From an uncultured Bacteroidota bacterium (lineage in GTDB: Bacteria; Bacteroidota; Bacteroidia; Flavobacteriales; Flavobacteriaceae), in contig CACJQM010000005.1 in the NCBI GenBank assembly GCA_902595555.1, positions 23,534 through 87,533 of the forward strand: 64,000 nt of DNA. Direction: 5' to 3'. The position numbers and the translations under genes are program-made. This document shows, piece after piece, positions 20,996 through 31,370 of this stretch. Every line of letters starts with the position of its first letter. Position 1 is the first letter of the stretch. Under the pieces are notes generated by a model. That model did not search any database. It saw only the letters and a program-made list of their open reading frames with translations, and was not told where the DNA came from.

Positions 20996-21592
20996 ATGTT
21001 TTCAATTGGTCTAACTGGTGGAATTGGCTCTGGAAAAACTTTTATTGCAGAGATACTTAAAGCTAATTTTGATATTAAAATTTTTGATTCTGATTATAGT
21101 GCAAAAGAAATAATTCAAAAAAATAGATTAGTTAAAAAAAGTATAATCTTAAATTTTGGTAAAAAGTCTTACATAGATGATCAAATCAACAATAAATTTA
21201 TTTCTAAAATAGTTTTTAATAATCCTGATAAACTCATCAAATTGAACAGCATTGTTCATCCATTAGTTTTTAAAGACTTTGAAGATTTTAAATTAAAATA
21301 TTCTGAAAAAATAATTATTGTTGAATCTGCTTTATTGTTCGAGAGTGGTATGTATTTATCAAATAATATTAATATTCTTGTTACTTCTCCTCTAGAAATT
21401 AAACTTCGAAGACTAATTGTGAGAGATAAAAGAAATGAAGAAGATGTATTAAAAATAATTAATTCTCAATGGGACGATTCTAAAAAAATAAAACTTGCTG
21501 ATTTTGTAATCGAGAATATTAATAAATTAGAAACTGAAAAAAAAGTTAAAAAATTAATGAGTGATATTATATCTAAGTATGAAGAAAATTAG
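20996..21592 (+). CDS. coaE: dephospho-CoA kinase
   Basis: 198 aa. P-loop GLTGGIGSGKT at the N-terminus. Confidence 0.9.
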   Translation: MFSIGLTGGIGSGKTFIAEILKANFDIKIFDSDYSAKEIIQKNRLVKKSIILNFGKKSYIDDQINNKFISKIVFNNPDKLIKLNSIVHPLVFKDFEDFKLKYSEKIIIVESALLFESGMYLSNNINILVTSPLEIKLRRLIVRDKRNEEDVLKIINSQWDDSKKIKLADFVIENINKLETEKKVKKLMSDIISKYEEN

Positions 21593-23153
21593 TTTTTCAT
21601 TATTGATTTTTTTGATGACGACAGCCTTAATTGGTATTATTTTAGTACAGAGCTTCTGGATAAAAACTACCATTGACACAAAAGAAAGACAGTTTTCGTT
21701 GAATGTTAATCAAGCATTAAAATCTGTTGCTGATGATATAAAAAGTAGAGAAATGAGTGATTATTTGGCAGTATATCAGAAGTTGATTGATAGTATAGGA
21801 AGTCCAAAAGAATCTCAATTGACCTCTGTTTTCCAGTATGTAGATAGGAATCAAAATACAAATAAGACATATATATATTCTCAAGGTATTTTAGAGGATG
21901 ATTATAATATTACCTCTAATTTGATAGAACCAATTAGTGATGATTCTTTATCGATTATTGACTATACTAAGCTAAAAACTACGACAATCATTGACGATGC
22001 TTTTGATAGAGAAATGCAAAATATGAGCTCAATTGAAAGATTACAGAGAGTTGAAAAAATGTCATTAATTGATCAAGCAAAGTATTCATCAATTTTTAGT
22101 GACTTAGCAGCTCTGAAACCCATTCATAAAAGAGTTAGCAATGTAGAAATTGAATTACTACTTCAAAAAGAATTTAAGGATAGAGATTTAGATTTAGATT
22201 TTGACTACAGGGTATTTAATGGTGAATTAGCCACAAAAGTTGGTTCAGATAGATACACAAACTTGGAGGGTTTGGACAAATATAGTATGCCTCTTTTTGA
22301 TGATGATGAGGGTATTAGTGAATACTCACTCGTTGTGGGCTTTCCCAATAGAACACATTACTTAAGATCATCTATTTCATACTTGATTATTTTATCTGTC
22401 TTATTTACACTAACTATTATTTTATCTTTTTATTTCACTGTGTTAAATTCTATTAAACAAAAGAATATTTCTGAGATGAAAACAGATTTTATTAATAATA
22501 TGACACACGAATTTAAAACTCCCATAGCAACAATTGATTTGGCATTGAATGCTATAAAAAATGAAAAAGTAAAACAAGATGAGAATCTAAAAAATAAGTA
22601 TTTAAATGTGATCAATGAAGAAAATAAAAGGATGAATAAACAAGTTGAGAATGTATTAAAAATATCACAACTTGATAAAAATAAAATTACCTTAATAAAA
22701 AAAGAAAATGATTTACATAAAGTAATTAATGAGGCTGCTGAAAGAATATCTCTTTTACTCAAAACTAAAGATGGTAGTATTAATTTTAATTACAATGCTG
22801 ATAAATCGATAATTGATTTATCTTTTGAGGACCTAACAAATGTATTTGTAAATATATTTGAAAATGCTATAAAATATTCAACTACAGAACCCAAAATTGA
22901 TGTCAAAACAATAAATGAAAATAGTGATATCATAATTTGCATTAGTGATAATGGAATGGGTATGTCAAATAAGGTAAAATCAAAAATATTTGATGAGTTT
23001 TATAGAGTTTCCCAGGGTGATGTTCACAATGTTAAAGGCCATGGTCTAGGCTTATCTTTTGTTAAAAAAATTATTGATTTACACAATGGTACAATTTCTG
23101 TATCAAGTGAATTAGGAAAAGGATCGGAATTTAAAATTATTTTTAAAATATAA
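21579..23153 (+). CDS. two-component sensor histidine kinase
   Basis: N-terminal TM helix, a roughly 250-aa extracytoplasmic region and a second TM helix. H-box MTHEFKTPIATI, N-box NAIKYS, G-boxes DNGMGM and GHGLGLSFV. ATG at 21579 is preferred over 21561. Confidence 0.88.
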   Translation: MKKISFSLLIFLMTTALIGIILVQSFWIKTTIDTKERQFSLNVNQALKSVADDIKSREMSDYLAVYQKLIDSIGSPKESQLTSVFQYVDRNQNTNKTYIYSQGILEDDYNITSNLIEPISDDSLSIIDYTKLKTTTIIDDAFDREMQNMSSIERLQRVEKMSLIDQAKYSSIFSDLAALKPIHKRVSNVEIELLLQKEFKDRDLDLDFDYRVFNGELATKVGSDRYTNLEGLDKYSMPLFDDDEGISEYSLVVGFPNRTHYLRSSISYLIILSVLFTLTIILSFYFTVLNSIKQKNISEMKTDFINNMTHEFKTPIATIDLALNAIKNEKVKQDENLKNKYLNVINEENKRMNKQVENVLKISQLDKNKITLIKKENDLHKVINEAAERISLLLKTKDGSINFNYNADKSIIDLSFEDLTNVFVNIFENAIKYSTTEPKIDVKTINENSDIIICISDNGMGMSNKVKSKIFDEFYRVSQGDVHNVKGHGLGLSFVKKIIDLHNGTISVSSELGKGSEFKIIFKI

Positions 23154-23848
23154 TGCCTTCAAAGAAAAAAATATTATTAGTTGAGGATGATAATAACTTT
23201 GGATCAATTCTTAGAGATTATTTAACCTTACATTCGTATGAAACCACCCTAGCTAAAAATGGTATTGAGGGTCTAGAAAAATTTAGAAAGCACAATTATG
23301 ATCTTTGTATTCTTGATGTAATGATGCCTTTTAAAGATGGTTTTTCATTGGCATCAGATATTAGGGCAATTAATGACGAAGTTCCATTAATTTTTTTAAC
23401 AGCAAAATCATTAAAAGAGGATGTTATAAAAGGATTTAAAATTGGAGCAGATGATTACTTAATTAAACCTTTTGATTCAGAAATACTTTTATTTAAAATA
23501 AAATCAATTTTTAAAAGAAAAATTTCTTTAAAAAAAGCAACTGATAATAAGGTTGATTATATTTTTTCATCATTTAGATATAATTCAAAATTTAGAGAAC
23601 TACAATTTAAAAATGATAAACCTGTCACACTATCACCAAAGGAAGGCAAATTGTTAACACTTCTGTTAGACAACATGAATGATTTGACAACTCGTGAGGA
23701 AGCCTTAGTAAAAATTTGGAATGATGACAACTATTTTACATCTAGGAGTATGGATGTATATGTAACTAAGATTCGAAAATATCTGAGCAAGGATCCCAAA
23801 ATAAAGATTGAAAATATTCATGGAAAAGGGTTTAAGTTTTCTATTTAA
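23153..23848 (+). CDS. OmpR/PhoB-type response regulator
   Basis: 231 aa. Receiver domain (ILLVEDD, phospho-acceptor context LCILDVMMP, LIKPF) plus a winged-helix output domain. TAATG overlap with the kinase gene. Confidence 0.9.
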   Translation: MPSKKKILLVEDDNNFGSILRDYLTLHSYETTLAKNGIEGLEKFRKHNYDLCILDVMMPFKDGFSLASDIRAINDEVPLIFLTAKSLKEDVIKGFKIGADDYLIKPFDSEILLFKIKSIFKRKISLKKATDNKVDYIFSSFRYNSKFRELQFKNDKPVTLSPKEGKLLTLLLDNMNDLTTREEALVKIWNDDNYFTSRSMDVYVTKIRKYLSKDPKIKIENIHGKGFKFSI

Positions 23849-23850
23849 TT

Positions 23851-24747
23851 TTAGCTTCTTGGATGATATTTTAAAACAGAATCAATTAAGTGTTTATTTT
23901 TCACATGTAGATATTTCTCAGTCGTGACAATATTTTCATGACCCATCATTTTTTGAATACTTATTATATCCGCTCCATTTTCTATCAAATGAGTTGCGAA
24001 TGAATGTCGTAGAACGTGTGGACTAATCTTTTTTTTGAGTCCAATATGATTAGCAAGGTTATTCAAAATCGTATAAATCATTACTCTGGTTAGTTTTTGC
24101 CCTCTGTTGTTGATAAAAAGAGTATCCTCGTGACCTTTTTTTATTTTCTTAAAATTTCTAATTGATTCAATATATTCAACAATTAGTTTTTTTGCAGTAT
24201 TACTAACGGGAACAAATCTTTCTTTGTTTCCTTTTCCTAATACTTTAATCAAATTTTCATCCAGAAATAAATCTGATATTTTTAAATCTATTAATTCTGA
24301 TACTCTCAAACCGCAACTGTATAAAACCTCAATTATGGTTTCATTTCTTAATCCATTATTTTTATTTAATCCTGCCTCAGCAATTAGCGAATCAATCTCC
24401 GTAGTTGTAAGAGTTGTAGGTATTGATGTGCCAATCTTTGGGTAATCAATTTTTTCAAGTGGATTTTCAATTATAATTTTTTCAAGAATCATAAAGTCAA
24501 AAAACAAGTTTAAGCTAGAAATTAATCTTCCTTGTGTGCTTGATTTTATTTTTTTTGATTGCGAATACAAGAATTCTCTAATTAAATCTGTACTGATTTG
24601 ATTTGGATTGTAGTTAATATTTTTCAGACGTAGATAGTCTATTAATTTTTTTAAGTCTGCTAGATAACTTGAAATGGTATTTTTTGAAAGGTTTCTTTCA
24701 AATCTTAAAAAATTTTCAAATTCTTTTGATGATGTATTCCATTTCAT
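23851..24747 (-). CDS. xerD: site-specific tyrosine recombinase XerD
   Basis: SAM-like N-domain FLRFERNLSKNTISSYLADL. Catalytic residue contexts GLRVSEL, HVLRHSFATHL and TEKYLH. Start at MKWNT (24747) is preferred over 24783. Confidence 0.88.
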   Translation of the reverse strand: MKWNTSSKEFENFLRFERNLSKNTISSYLADLKKLIDYLRLKNINYNPNQISTDLIREFLYSQSKKIKSSTQGRLISSLNLFFDFMILEKIIIENPLEKIDYPKIGTSIPTTLTTTEIDSLIAEAGLNKNNGLRNETIIEVLYSCGLRVSELIDLKISDLFLDENLIKVLGKGNKERFVPVSNTAKKLIVEYIESIRNFKKIKKGHEDTLFINNRGQKLTRVMIYTILNNLANHIGLKKKISPHVLRHSFATHLIENGADIISIQKMMGHENIVTTEKYLHVKNKHLIDSVLKYHPRS

Positions 24748-24791
24748 GTCAATAAATAATACTTTTATAAATAAGTTTATCAATTATTGTT

Positions 24792-25211
24792 ATGAAAATA
24801 CAAATAATTAATGGTCCTAATTTAAATCTTCTAGGTGTTAGAGAAAAAGATATTTATGGTAGTTTATCATTTGATGAATATTTTCTAAAACTCAAAACCA
24901 AATTTAAAAATATTGATTTATTTCATTATCAATCTAACATTGAAGGAGAGTTAATTAATAAAATTCAAGATGTTGGATTTGATTTTGATGGTATAATATT
25001 AAATGCTGCAGCATATACTCACACATCTGTTGGTATAGCAGATGCAATTAGAGGAATTACTTCACCTGTTATTGAAGTTCATATATCAAACACTAAATCT
25101 AGAGAAGATTTCAGAAAAAAATCATTTATTAGTCCACATGCAAAAGGAGTAATTCAAGGTTTTGGATTGTATAGTTATGAATTAGCTATTTTAAGTTTTT
25201 TAAATAACTAA
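24792..25211 (+). CDS. aroQ: type II 3-dehydroquinate dehydratase
   Basis: 139 aa. INGPNLNLLGVRE, NAAAYTHTSVGIADA, EVHISN. Confidence 0.95.
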   Translation: MKIQIINGPNLNLLGVREKDIYGSLSFDEYFLKLKTKFKNIDLFHYQSNIEGELINKIQDVGFDFDGIILNAAAYTHTSVGIADAIRGITSPVIEVHISNTKSREDFRKKSFISPHAKGVIQGFGLYSYELAILSFLNN

Positions 25212-25213
25212 AA

Positions 25214-26602
25214 TTATAAATGTATAACCTCGTCATAAGCATCTGCAACCGCTTCCATAACAGCTTCGCTCAGAGTTGGATGAGGGTGTATGGCTTTTAG
25301 AACTTCATGTCCCGTAGTTTCTAACTTTCTACCTACGACAGCCTCCGAAATCATTTCTGTGACATTAGAACCAATCATGTGACATCCAAGCCACTCTCCA
25401 TACTTTGAATCAAAAATTACTTTGACAAATCCATCAGATTGACCTGAAGCTTGCGCTTTTCCAGATGCACTAAAAGGAAATTTACCAACTTTTATATCAT
25501 ATCCCTCGCTTAATGCTTTTTCTTCTGTATAACCCACAGAAGCAACTTCTGGTTTGCAATATGTACATCCTGGTATGTTATTGTAATCGATTGGATTTGG
25601 ATTTAGACCTTTAATATTTTCGATACAAGTTATTCCTTCGGCTGATGCTACATGAGCTAAAGCTGGTCCTGAGACAACATCACCAATTGCATAAATATTA
25701 TCAATATTTGTTCTGTAATAATTATCAATTTTAATTTTATCGTTTTCAACCTCTATGCCAAGATCTTCCAGACCTATGTCTTCAATATTTGATTTGATAC
25801 CAACTGCACTTAAAACAACATCAGCAGAAATAGTTAATGTATCTTTTTTATTTTCAACTTTGACATCAACTTTATCTCCAACGATTTTTGATCCAATTAC
25901 TTTAGTTGAGCAAAGAATATTTATACCTGATTTTTTTAATATTTTTTCTAATTCTTTGGAAATATCTTTATCCTCATTAGGAGCAATATTTTTTTCATAT
26001 TCAACTAATGTAACTTTTGTACCCATTGAATTATAAAAATATGCAAATTCAACACCTATCGCTCCTGACCCAACTATTATCATTTCCTTTGGTTGTTTAT
26101 CTAAAACCATAGCCTTTCTATAACCAATAATTTTTTCTCCATCTTTTTTAAGAGAATCAATATCTCTCGATCTTGCACCTGTAGCTATTATAATATGTTC
26201 TGCACTAACATTTATTGTTTTCTCATCTTTAGTGACAGTAATTGTTTTATCTGAGTTAAGCTTTCCAAAACCACTGTAAACTTTTATTTTATTTTTTTTC
26301 ATTAGAAAATTTACACCCTTACTCATGGTTCCAGCCACAGTTCTACTCCTTTTAATAACTTTTTCAAAATTCTTGGAGAAATTTTCAACTTCAATTCCAT
26401 AACTTTCAGCGTGATTAAGATAATCATATACCTCTGCAGATTTTAAAAGAGCTTTTGTAGGAATACATCCCCAGTTTAAGCAAATACCCCCTAAACTTTC
26501 TTTTTCGATTATCGCAGTATTAAAGCCTAACTGTGATGCTCTGATTGCCGTTACGTATCCGCCTGGGCCGCTTCCTAAAATTACTACATCATGATTTTCC
26601 AT
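25214..26602 (-). CDS. lpdA: dihydrolipoyl dehydrogenase
   Basis: 462 aa. FAD motif VILGSGPGGY, redox disulfide GGICLNWGCIPTK and C-terminal HPHPTLSE. Confidence 0.95.
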   Translation of the reverse strand: MENHDVVILGSGPGGYVTAIRASQLGFNTAIIEKESLGGICLNWGCIPTKALLKSAEVYDYLNHAESYGIEVENFSKNFEKVIKRSRTVAGTMSKGVNFLMKKNKIKVYSGFGKLNSDKTITVTKDEKTINVSAEHIIIATGARSRDIDSLKKDGEKIIGYRKAMVLDKQPKEMIIVGSGAIGVEFAYFYNSMGTKVTLVEYEKNIAPNEDKDISKELEKILKKSGINILCSTKVIGSKIVGDKVDVKVENKKDTLTISADVVLSAVGIKSNIEDIGLEDLGIEVENDKIKIDNYYRTNIDNIYAIGDVVSGPALAHVASAEGITCIENIKGLNPNPIDYNNIPGCTYCKPEVASVGYTEEKALSEGYDIKVGKFPFSASGKAQASGQSDGFVKVIFDSKYGEWLGCHMIGSNVTEMISEAVVGRKLETTGHEVLKAIHPHPTLSEAVMEAVADAYDEVIHL

Positions 26603-26607
26603 ATTAT

Positions 26608-26988
26608 TTATTTTTTAAAATTTAAACTTGCTGAATTTACACAATACCTCATTCCAGTTTCAGTAGGTCCATCATTAAATACATGACCAAGGTGTCCATC
26701 ACATTTAGAACATAATATCTCAGTTCTAATTCTGCTTAATGATTTATCTTCTTTATAAATAACCGAACCCTTAACTGCCTTATCAAAACTTGGCCATCCA
26801 CAGCCACTATCAAATTTAGAGTTGCTTTCAAACAGCAGATTGCCACATCCTTTACACTTATACGACCCATCTTCAAAATGCATATTGTATTCACCAGAAA
26901 AAGGCATCTCTGTCCCAGCTTCTCTTAATATTTTATAACTAAACCTATCTAGTTTTTTTGACCAATAACTATTATCTTTCTTTGTCAT
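26608..26988 (-). CDS. msrB: peptide-methionine (R)-S-oxide reductase MsrB (cytoplasmic form)
   Basis: 126 aa. Two CxxC zinc motifs (CKGCGNLLF, CSKCDGHLGHVFNDGP) and catalytic RYCVNS. Confidence 0.93.
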   Translation of the reverse strand: MTKKDNSYWSKKLDRFSYKILREAGTEMPFSGEYNMHFEDGSYKCKGCGNLLFESNSKFDSGCGWPSFDKAVKGSVIYKEDKSLSRIRTEILCSKCDGHLGHVFNDGPTETGMRYCVNSASLNFKK

Positions 26989-27449
26989 GTTTTTTTAAAA
27001 ACTAAAGCAACAGAATTAACACAATGTCTAATCCCGGTAGTTTCTTTAGGACCATCATTAAAAACATGCCCTAAGTGCCCACCACATTTCTTACATTTTA
27101 TTTCAGTTCTTGGATATCCTAATTTATAATCAACGTCATACTCTAGTTTGTCACTAATTTCTCTATCAAAGCTTGGCCATCCACAATATGAGTTATACTT
27201 GTGATCAGATTTATACAATGGTTCATCGCAACCAGCACAATGATAAGTTCCTTTTTCATAAAAATCATCATATTTACCAGTGTAGGGACGTTCGGTATAA
27301 GCTTTTCTAAGGACTAGGTATGATAATTCATTAAGCTGGCTTCTCCATTCTTTGTCAGTTTTTGTAACCTCATACTTATTTTGAGAAAAAGTAGATTGAA
27401 AAGCAAAAACAAAAATTAGTATTAAATAATAAACTTTATTAATATTCAT
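26985..27449 (-). CDS. msrB: peptide-methionine (R)-S-oxide reductase MsrB paralog with signal peptide
   Basis: From ATG 27449: MNINKVYYLILIFVFAFQSTFSQ (signal), then CAGCDEPLY, CKKCGGHLGHVFNDGP and RHCVNS. Its stop overlaps the downstream msrB start by 4 nt. Confidence 0.88.
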   Translation of the reverse strand: MNINKVYYLILIFVFAFQSTFSQNKYEVTKTDKEWRSQLNELSYLVLRKAYTERPYTGKYDDFYEKGTYHCAGCDEPLYKSDHKYNSYCGWPSFDREISDKLEYDVDYKLGYPRTEIKCKKCGGHLGHVFNDGPKETTGIRHCVNSVALVFKKT

Positions 27450-27501
27450 TTGTATATTACAAACTACAAAAATAAGGCATATTTTCAATTAATTAAGTTC
27501 C

Positions 27502-28827
27502 ATGACAAAAAGAATTTTTAAGAAAGGAGACCAAAAAGTTCTTAAAGCTTGGGCTTTTTACGATTGGGCTAATTCTGTTTATCCCTTAGTTATTTCAACT
27601 GCAATTTTTCCAATTTTTTATGGTAGCTTATTTATTGAGAGTGACTATATAGAATTCTTGGGAATTAATTACAAAAACACAGCTTTAATCCAACATATTA
27701 CATCTCTTGTTTTTCTTTTTTTAGCTTTTTTTATCCCAATACTTTCAGGTGTTGCAGATTTTTTGGGTAATAAAAAGTTTTTTATGAAACTCTTTTGTTA
27801 CTTAGGTAGTATTTCTTGTATGGGATTATATTTCTTTAATTTAGAAAACATCTACTTAGGTCTTGGGTTTTATTTTTTGGCTCTTTTTAGTTTTTGGGCA
27901 AGTCTAGTCTTTTACAATTCATATTTACCCGACATAGCACTTCCAAAGCAGCAAGATAGAATTAGTGCTCTTGGTTACTCATACGGATATATTGGTAGTG
28001 TAATTCTCTTATTATTTAATTTAACGATGGTAATGTTTCCCGAAACATTTGGTTTATCAAATGAAAACAATGAAGGCGCTATTCAGGCAATGAGAATTTC
28101 GTTTTTACTTGTAGGATTATGGTGGGCTGGTTTCAGTCAATATACTTTTTATTACTTACCCGAAAATTTAAATAATGTAAACAAAAAGGATGCTTTAAAA
28201 AAATCTGTGATATTTAGTGGGTTTCTTGAGCTTAAGGAAGTTTGGCAAATACTGAAAATGGATAATTCAGTCAAGAAATTTTTAGTTGCATTTTTTACTT
28301 TTAGTTGTGCTTTACAAACAATAATTCTTATAGCCACATATTTTGGTGAGTCTGAAATACTATGGGGGGAAACTGATAAAAACTTAGGTTTAATTCTTAG
28401 CATGCTAATTATTCAATTAATTGCCATATTTGGTGCAATGTTAACTGCCAGAGTCTCAGATAAAATTGGCAATATCAGAACATTAATAATACTTAATTTA
28501 ATATGGTTTGTTTTGTGTTTAATTGCATATTTTGTTCAGTATCCAATTGAGTTTTATTTAATTGCAGGTTTTGTTGGAATGGTAATGGGGGGAACACAAG
28601 CATTATCAAGATCAACTTACTCAAAATTAATTCCTAAAACAGATAATACCTGTTCATATTTTTCATTTTATCAGATGTCTATGATTATCAGTGTGGTGTT
28701 AGGAACATTCATGTCTGGTGTAGTGGATCAACTAACAGGAAGTCTGAGAAATTCAATCATTGTTTTTGCTGTTATATTTATTTTAGGTGCAATATTACTA
28801 AGAGATATTAAAATGAAAAGCATATAA
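27502..28827 (+). CDS. MFS transporter (UMF1 / Atg22-like family)
   Basis: 441 aa with about 12 predicted hydrophobic helices. N-terminal KAWAFYDWANSVY is typical of the UMF1 family. Confidence 0.82.
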   Translation: MTKRIFKKGDQKVLKAWAFYDWANSVYPLVISTAIFPIFYGSLFIESDYIEFLGINYKNTALIQHITSLVFLFLAFFIPILSGVADFLGNKKFFMKLFCYLGSISCMGLYFFNLENIYLGLGFYFLALFSFWASLVFYNSYLPDIALPKQQDRISALGYSYGYIGSVILLLFNLTMVMFPETFGLSNENNEGAIQAMRISFLLVGLWWAGFSQYTFYYLPENLNNVNKKDALKKSVIFSGFLELKEVWQILKMDNSVKKFLVAFFTFSCALQTIILIATYFGESEILWGETDKNLGLILSMLIIQLIAIFGAMLTARVSDKIGNIRTLIILNLIWFVLCLIAYFVQYPIEFYLIAGFVGMVMGGTQALSRSTYSKLIPKTDNTCSYFSFYQMSMIISVVLGTFMSGVVDQLTGSLRNSIIVFAVIFILGAILLRDIKMKSI

Positions 28828-28913
28828 TATCTACGTTCTATAAGTGGCATGAATCTTGAAACTTATAGTTACATCTTGTTATATTGATTTATTACTGACA
28901 AGTTGACATAATA

Positions 28914-31352
28914 ATGGCAAATTTTTTTGATTTTAATGCTGATTTTAGTCCTGGAGAGGAAGAATCTGAATTGATTCCTCTAATGACTTCTGACGATGAG
29001 GAAGCTATACTTAAAGAATCTTTGCCAGAATCAGTACCAATTTTGCCACTTAGAAATGCTGTCTTGTTTCCTGGAGTTGTCATTCCAATCTCTGCAACAA
29101 GAGATAAATCAGTCAAACTCATCAAATATGCTAATTCTAAAAACAAATTGATTGGTGTCGTATCTCAAAAAGATTCAGCTGTTTCAGACCCAACAATAAA
29201 TGACATAAATAAAATTGGAACTGTTGCAAAGATTCTAAGGGTATTACAAATGCCAGATGGCAATCTTACTATTATAATTCAAGGAAAGAAGAGGTTTTCT
29301 ATTGAAAAGGTAATTTCAAAAAAACCATTTTTAACATGTTCTATAAATGAGCTTACGGAAATAAGTCCAAAAAATGACAACAAAAAATTTATAGCAATAA
29401 CTGACTCAATTAAAGATTTGGCACTCAAAATTATTGAAGAAAATCCAAATATTCCTAGTGAGGCCTCATTTGCTATTAAAAATATTCATAGTAGCTCATT
29501 TCTTGTAAACTTTGTTTCTTCAAACATGAATATTAGTGTTGCAGAAAAATTTAAAATATTATCAATTAATGACCTTCAAAAAAGAGCTCTCAGGTGTCTA
29601 AAATTTATGGATGTTGAATTTCAAAAATTGTCTCTGAAAAATGATATACAATCTAAAGTTAGAAATGATCTTGATCAGCAACAAAGAGAGTATTTCTTAA
29701 ATCAACAATTAAAAACAATACAAGAAGAGTTAGGAGGTTCATCAAATCATCAAGATATTGATGAAATGAAATTAAAGTCAAACTCAAAAAAATGGAATAA
29801 AGAAGTTGGAAATCACTTTAACAAGGAATTAATTAAATTACAGAGAATGAATACTCAAGCTGCTGAGTATTCAATTCAAAGAAATTATCTCGATTTGATG
29901 TTAGATCTGCCTTGGAACGAATATTCTAAAGATAATTTTAGTTTAAATAATGCCCAAAAAACTTTAAATAAAGATCATTATGGTTTGGATGATGTCAAAA
30001 GACGAATAATTGAGCAAATTGCTGTAATGAAACTCAGAGGTGATATGAATTCACCAATACTTTGTTTTTATGGGCCGCCTGGAGTTGGAAAAACTTCGTT
30101 AGGTAAATCTATTGCAGAATCATTAGGAAGGGAATATGTTAGGATATCATTAGGTGGTTTAAGAGATGAGGCTGAAATAAGAGGACATAGAAAAACCTAC
30201 ATAGGAGCTATGCCTGGAAGAATTATACAAAATTTGAAGAGAGTAAAAACATCTAATCCAGTATTTGTATTGGATGAAATTGATAAACTTTCAATTGGAA
30301 ATCAAGGAGACCCCTCTTCTGCAATGCTTGAAGTTCTTGACCCAGAACAAAACAGTTCTTTTTATGATAATTTTTTGGAGCTTGGATTTGATTTATCTAA
30401 GGTTTTATTTATTGCTACTGCGAATAACTTGGCAACAATTCAACCTGCTTTATTAGACAGAATGGAGATAATTAATATCTCGGGATACAGTATTGAAGAA
30501 AAAGTTCAAATAGCAAAAAAACATCTAATTAATAAACAGATATCTAATCATGGATTAAATAATCACAAATTTAAAATTTCAGATAAAGCTCTAAAAAATA
30601 TTATTAACGGATATACAAGAGAATCAGGAGTCAGAAAACTTGATAAAAACATTGCTAAAGTTTGTAGATGGATTGCAAAATCAATTGTAAAAAATGAAAA
30701 GTTTAAGGAGATTATTCAAGCCGAAGATATAAAAGAAATTTTAGGTGTTTCTAATCAACAAAGAATTTATGAAAATAATGATTACGCTGGAGTTGTGACT
30801 GGTTTAGCCTGGACTCAGTATGGTGGTGAGATACTATTTGTTGAATCAACAATTTCAAAAGGAAAAGGAAATTTGTCTTTGACTGGAAATCTAGGTAAAG
30901 TCATGAAGGAATCTGCAACTATATCATTGGAATACATAAAATCTAATGCAAAATTATTGAACATTAAAGAAAGTATATTTAATGATTATAACTTTCATTT
31001 ACACGTTCCTGAGGGAGCCACACCTAAAGATGGTCCTAGCGCTGGTGTAACAATGATTACATCTTTAGTTTCACTTTTATCCCAAAGAAAAGTGAAAAGT
31101 AAATTGGCAATGACAGGCGAAATAACCTTGAGAGGTAAAGTTTTACCTGTAGGCGGAATAAAGGAAAAAATATTAGCAGCCAAAAGAGCAAAAATAAATT
31201 CAATAATATTACCTGCTGATAATAAAAAAGATGTTGATGAAATTGATAAAAAGTACCTTAAAGGTTTGAATTTTTTCTATGTTGAAAATATTTTAGAGGT
31301 TGTAGAATATGCTTTGCTAAGAAAAAAAGTTTCTAATTTTAAAAAATTATAA
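28914..31352 (+). CDS. lon: ATP-dependent Lon protease (LonA)
   Basis: 812 aa. LON N-domain LPLRNAVLFPGVVIPI, Walker A GPPGVGKTS, Walker B VFVLDEIDK, and protease Ser context PKDGPSAGVT with Lys in GGIKEKILAAKRA. Confidence 0.97.
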   Translation: MANFFDFNADFSPGEEESELIPLMTSDDEEAILKESLPESVPILPLRNAVLFPGVVIPISATRDKSVKLIKYANSKNKLIGVVSQKDSAVSDPTINDINKIGTVAKILRVLQMPDGNLTIIIQGKKRFSIEKVISKKPFLTCSINELTEISPKNDNKKFIAITDSIKDLALKIIEENPNIPSEASFAIKNIHSSSFLVNFVSSNMNISVAEKFKILSINDLQKRALRCLKFMDVEFQKLSLKNDIQSKVRNDLDQQQREYFLNQQLKTIQEELGGSSNHQDIDEMKLKSNSKKWNKEVGNHFNKELIKLQRMNTQAAEYSIQRNYLDLMLDLPWNEYSKDNFSLNNAQKTLNKDHYGLDDVKRRIIEQIAVMKLRGDMNSPILCFYGPPGVGKTSLGKSIAESLGREYVRISLGGLRDEAEIRGHRKTYIGAMPGRIIQNLKRVKTSNPVFVLDEIDKLSIGNQGDPSSAMLEVLDPEQNSSFYDNFLELGFDLSKVLFIATANNLATIQPALLDRMEIINISGYSIEEKVQIAKKHLINKQISNHGLNNHKFKISDKALKNIINGYTRESGVRKLDKNIAKVCRWIAKSIVKNEKFKEIIQAEDIKEILGVSNQQRIYENNDYAGVVTGLAWTQYGGEILFVESTISKGKGNLSLTGNLGKVMKESATISLEYIKSNAKLLNIKESIFNDYNFHLHVPEGATPKDGPSAGVTMITSLVSLLSQRKVKSKLAMTGEITLRGKVLPVGGIKEKILAAKRAKINSIILPADNKKDVDEIDKKYLKGLNFFYVENILEVVEYALLRKKVSNFKKL

Positions 31353-31370
31353 TTTTAATAAAACTCTTTT

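Noticed and set aside
22430-22762. 110-aa minus-strand ORF inside the histidine kinase gene
   Set aside because: It is antisense to the HisKA/H-box region of a well-supported kinase, is a low-complexity Phe/Ser/Leu-rich translation, and is most likely spurious.
23851-24783. Tyrosine recombinase as a possible integrase marking a mobile element
   Set aside because: The sequence and length fit housekeeping XerD (SAM-like N-domain, R-H-R-Y contexts). Both flanks are core genes (a two-component system and aroQ). There is no flanking tRNA, direct repeat or cargo.
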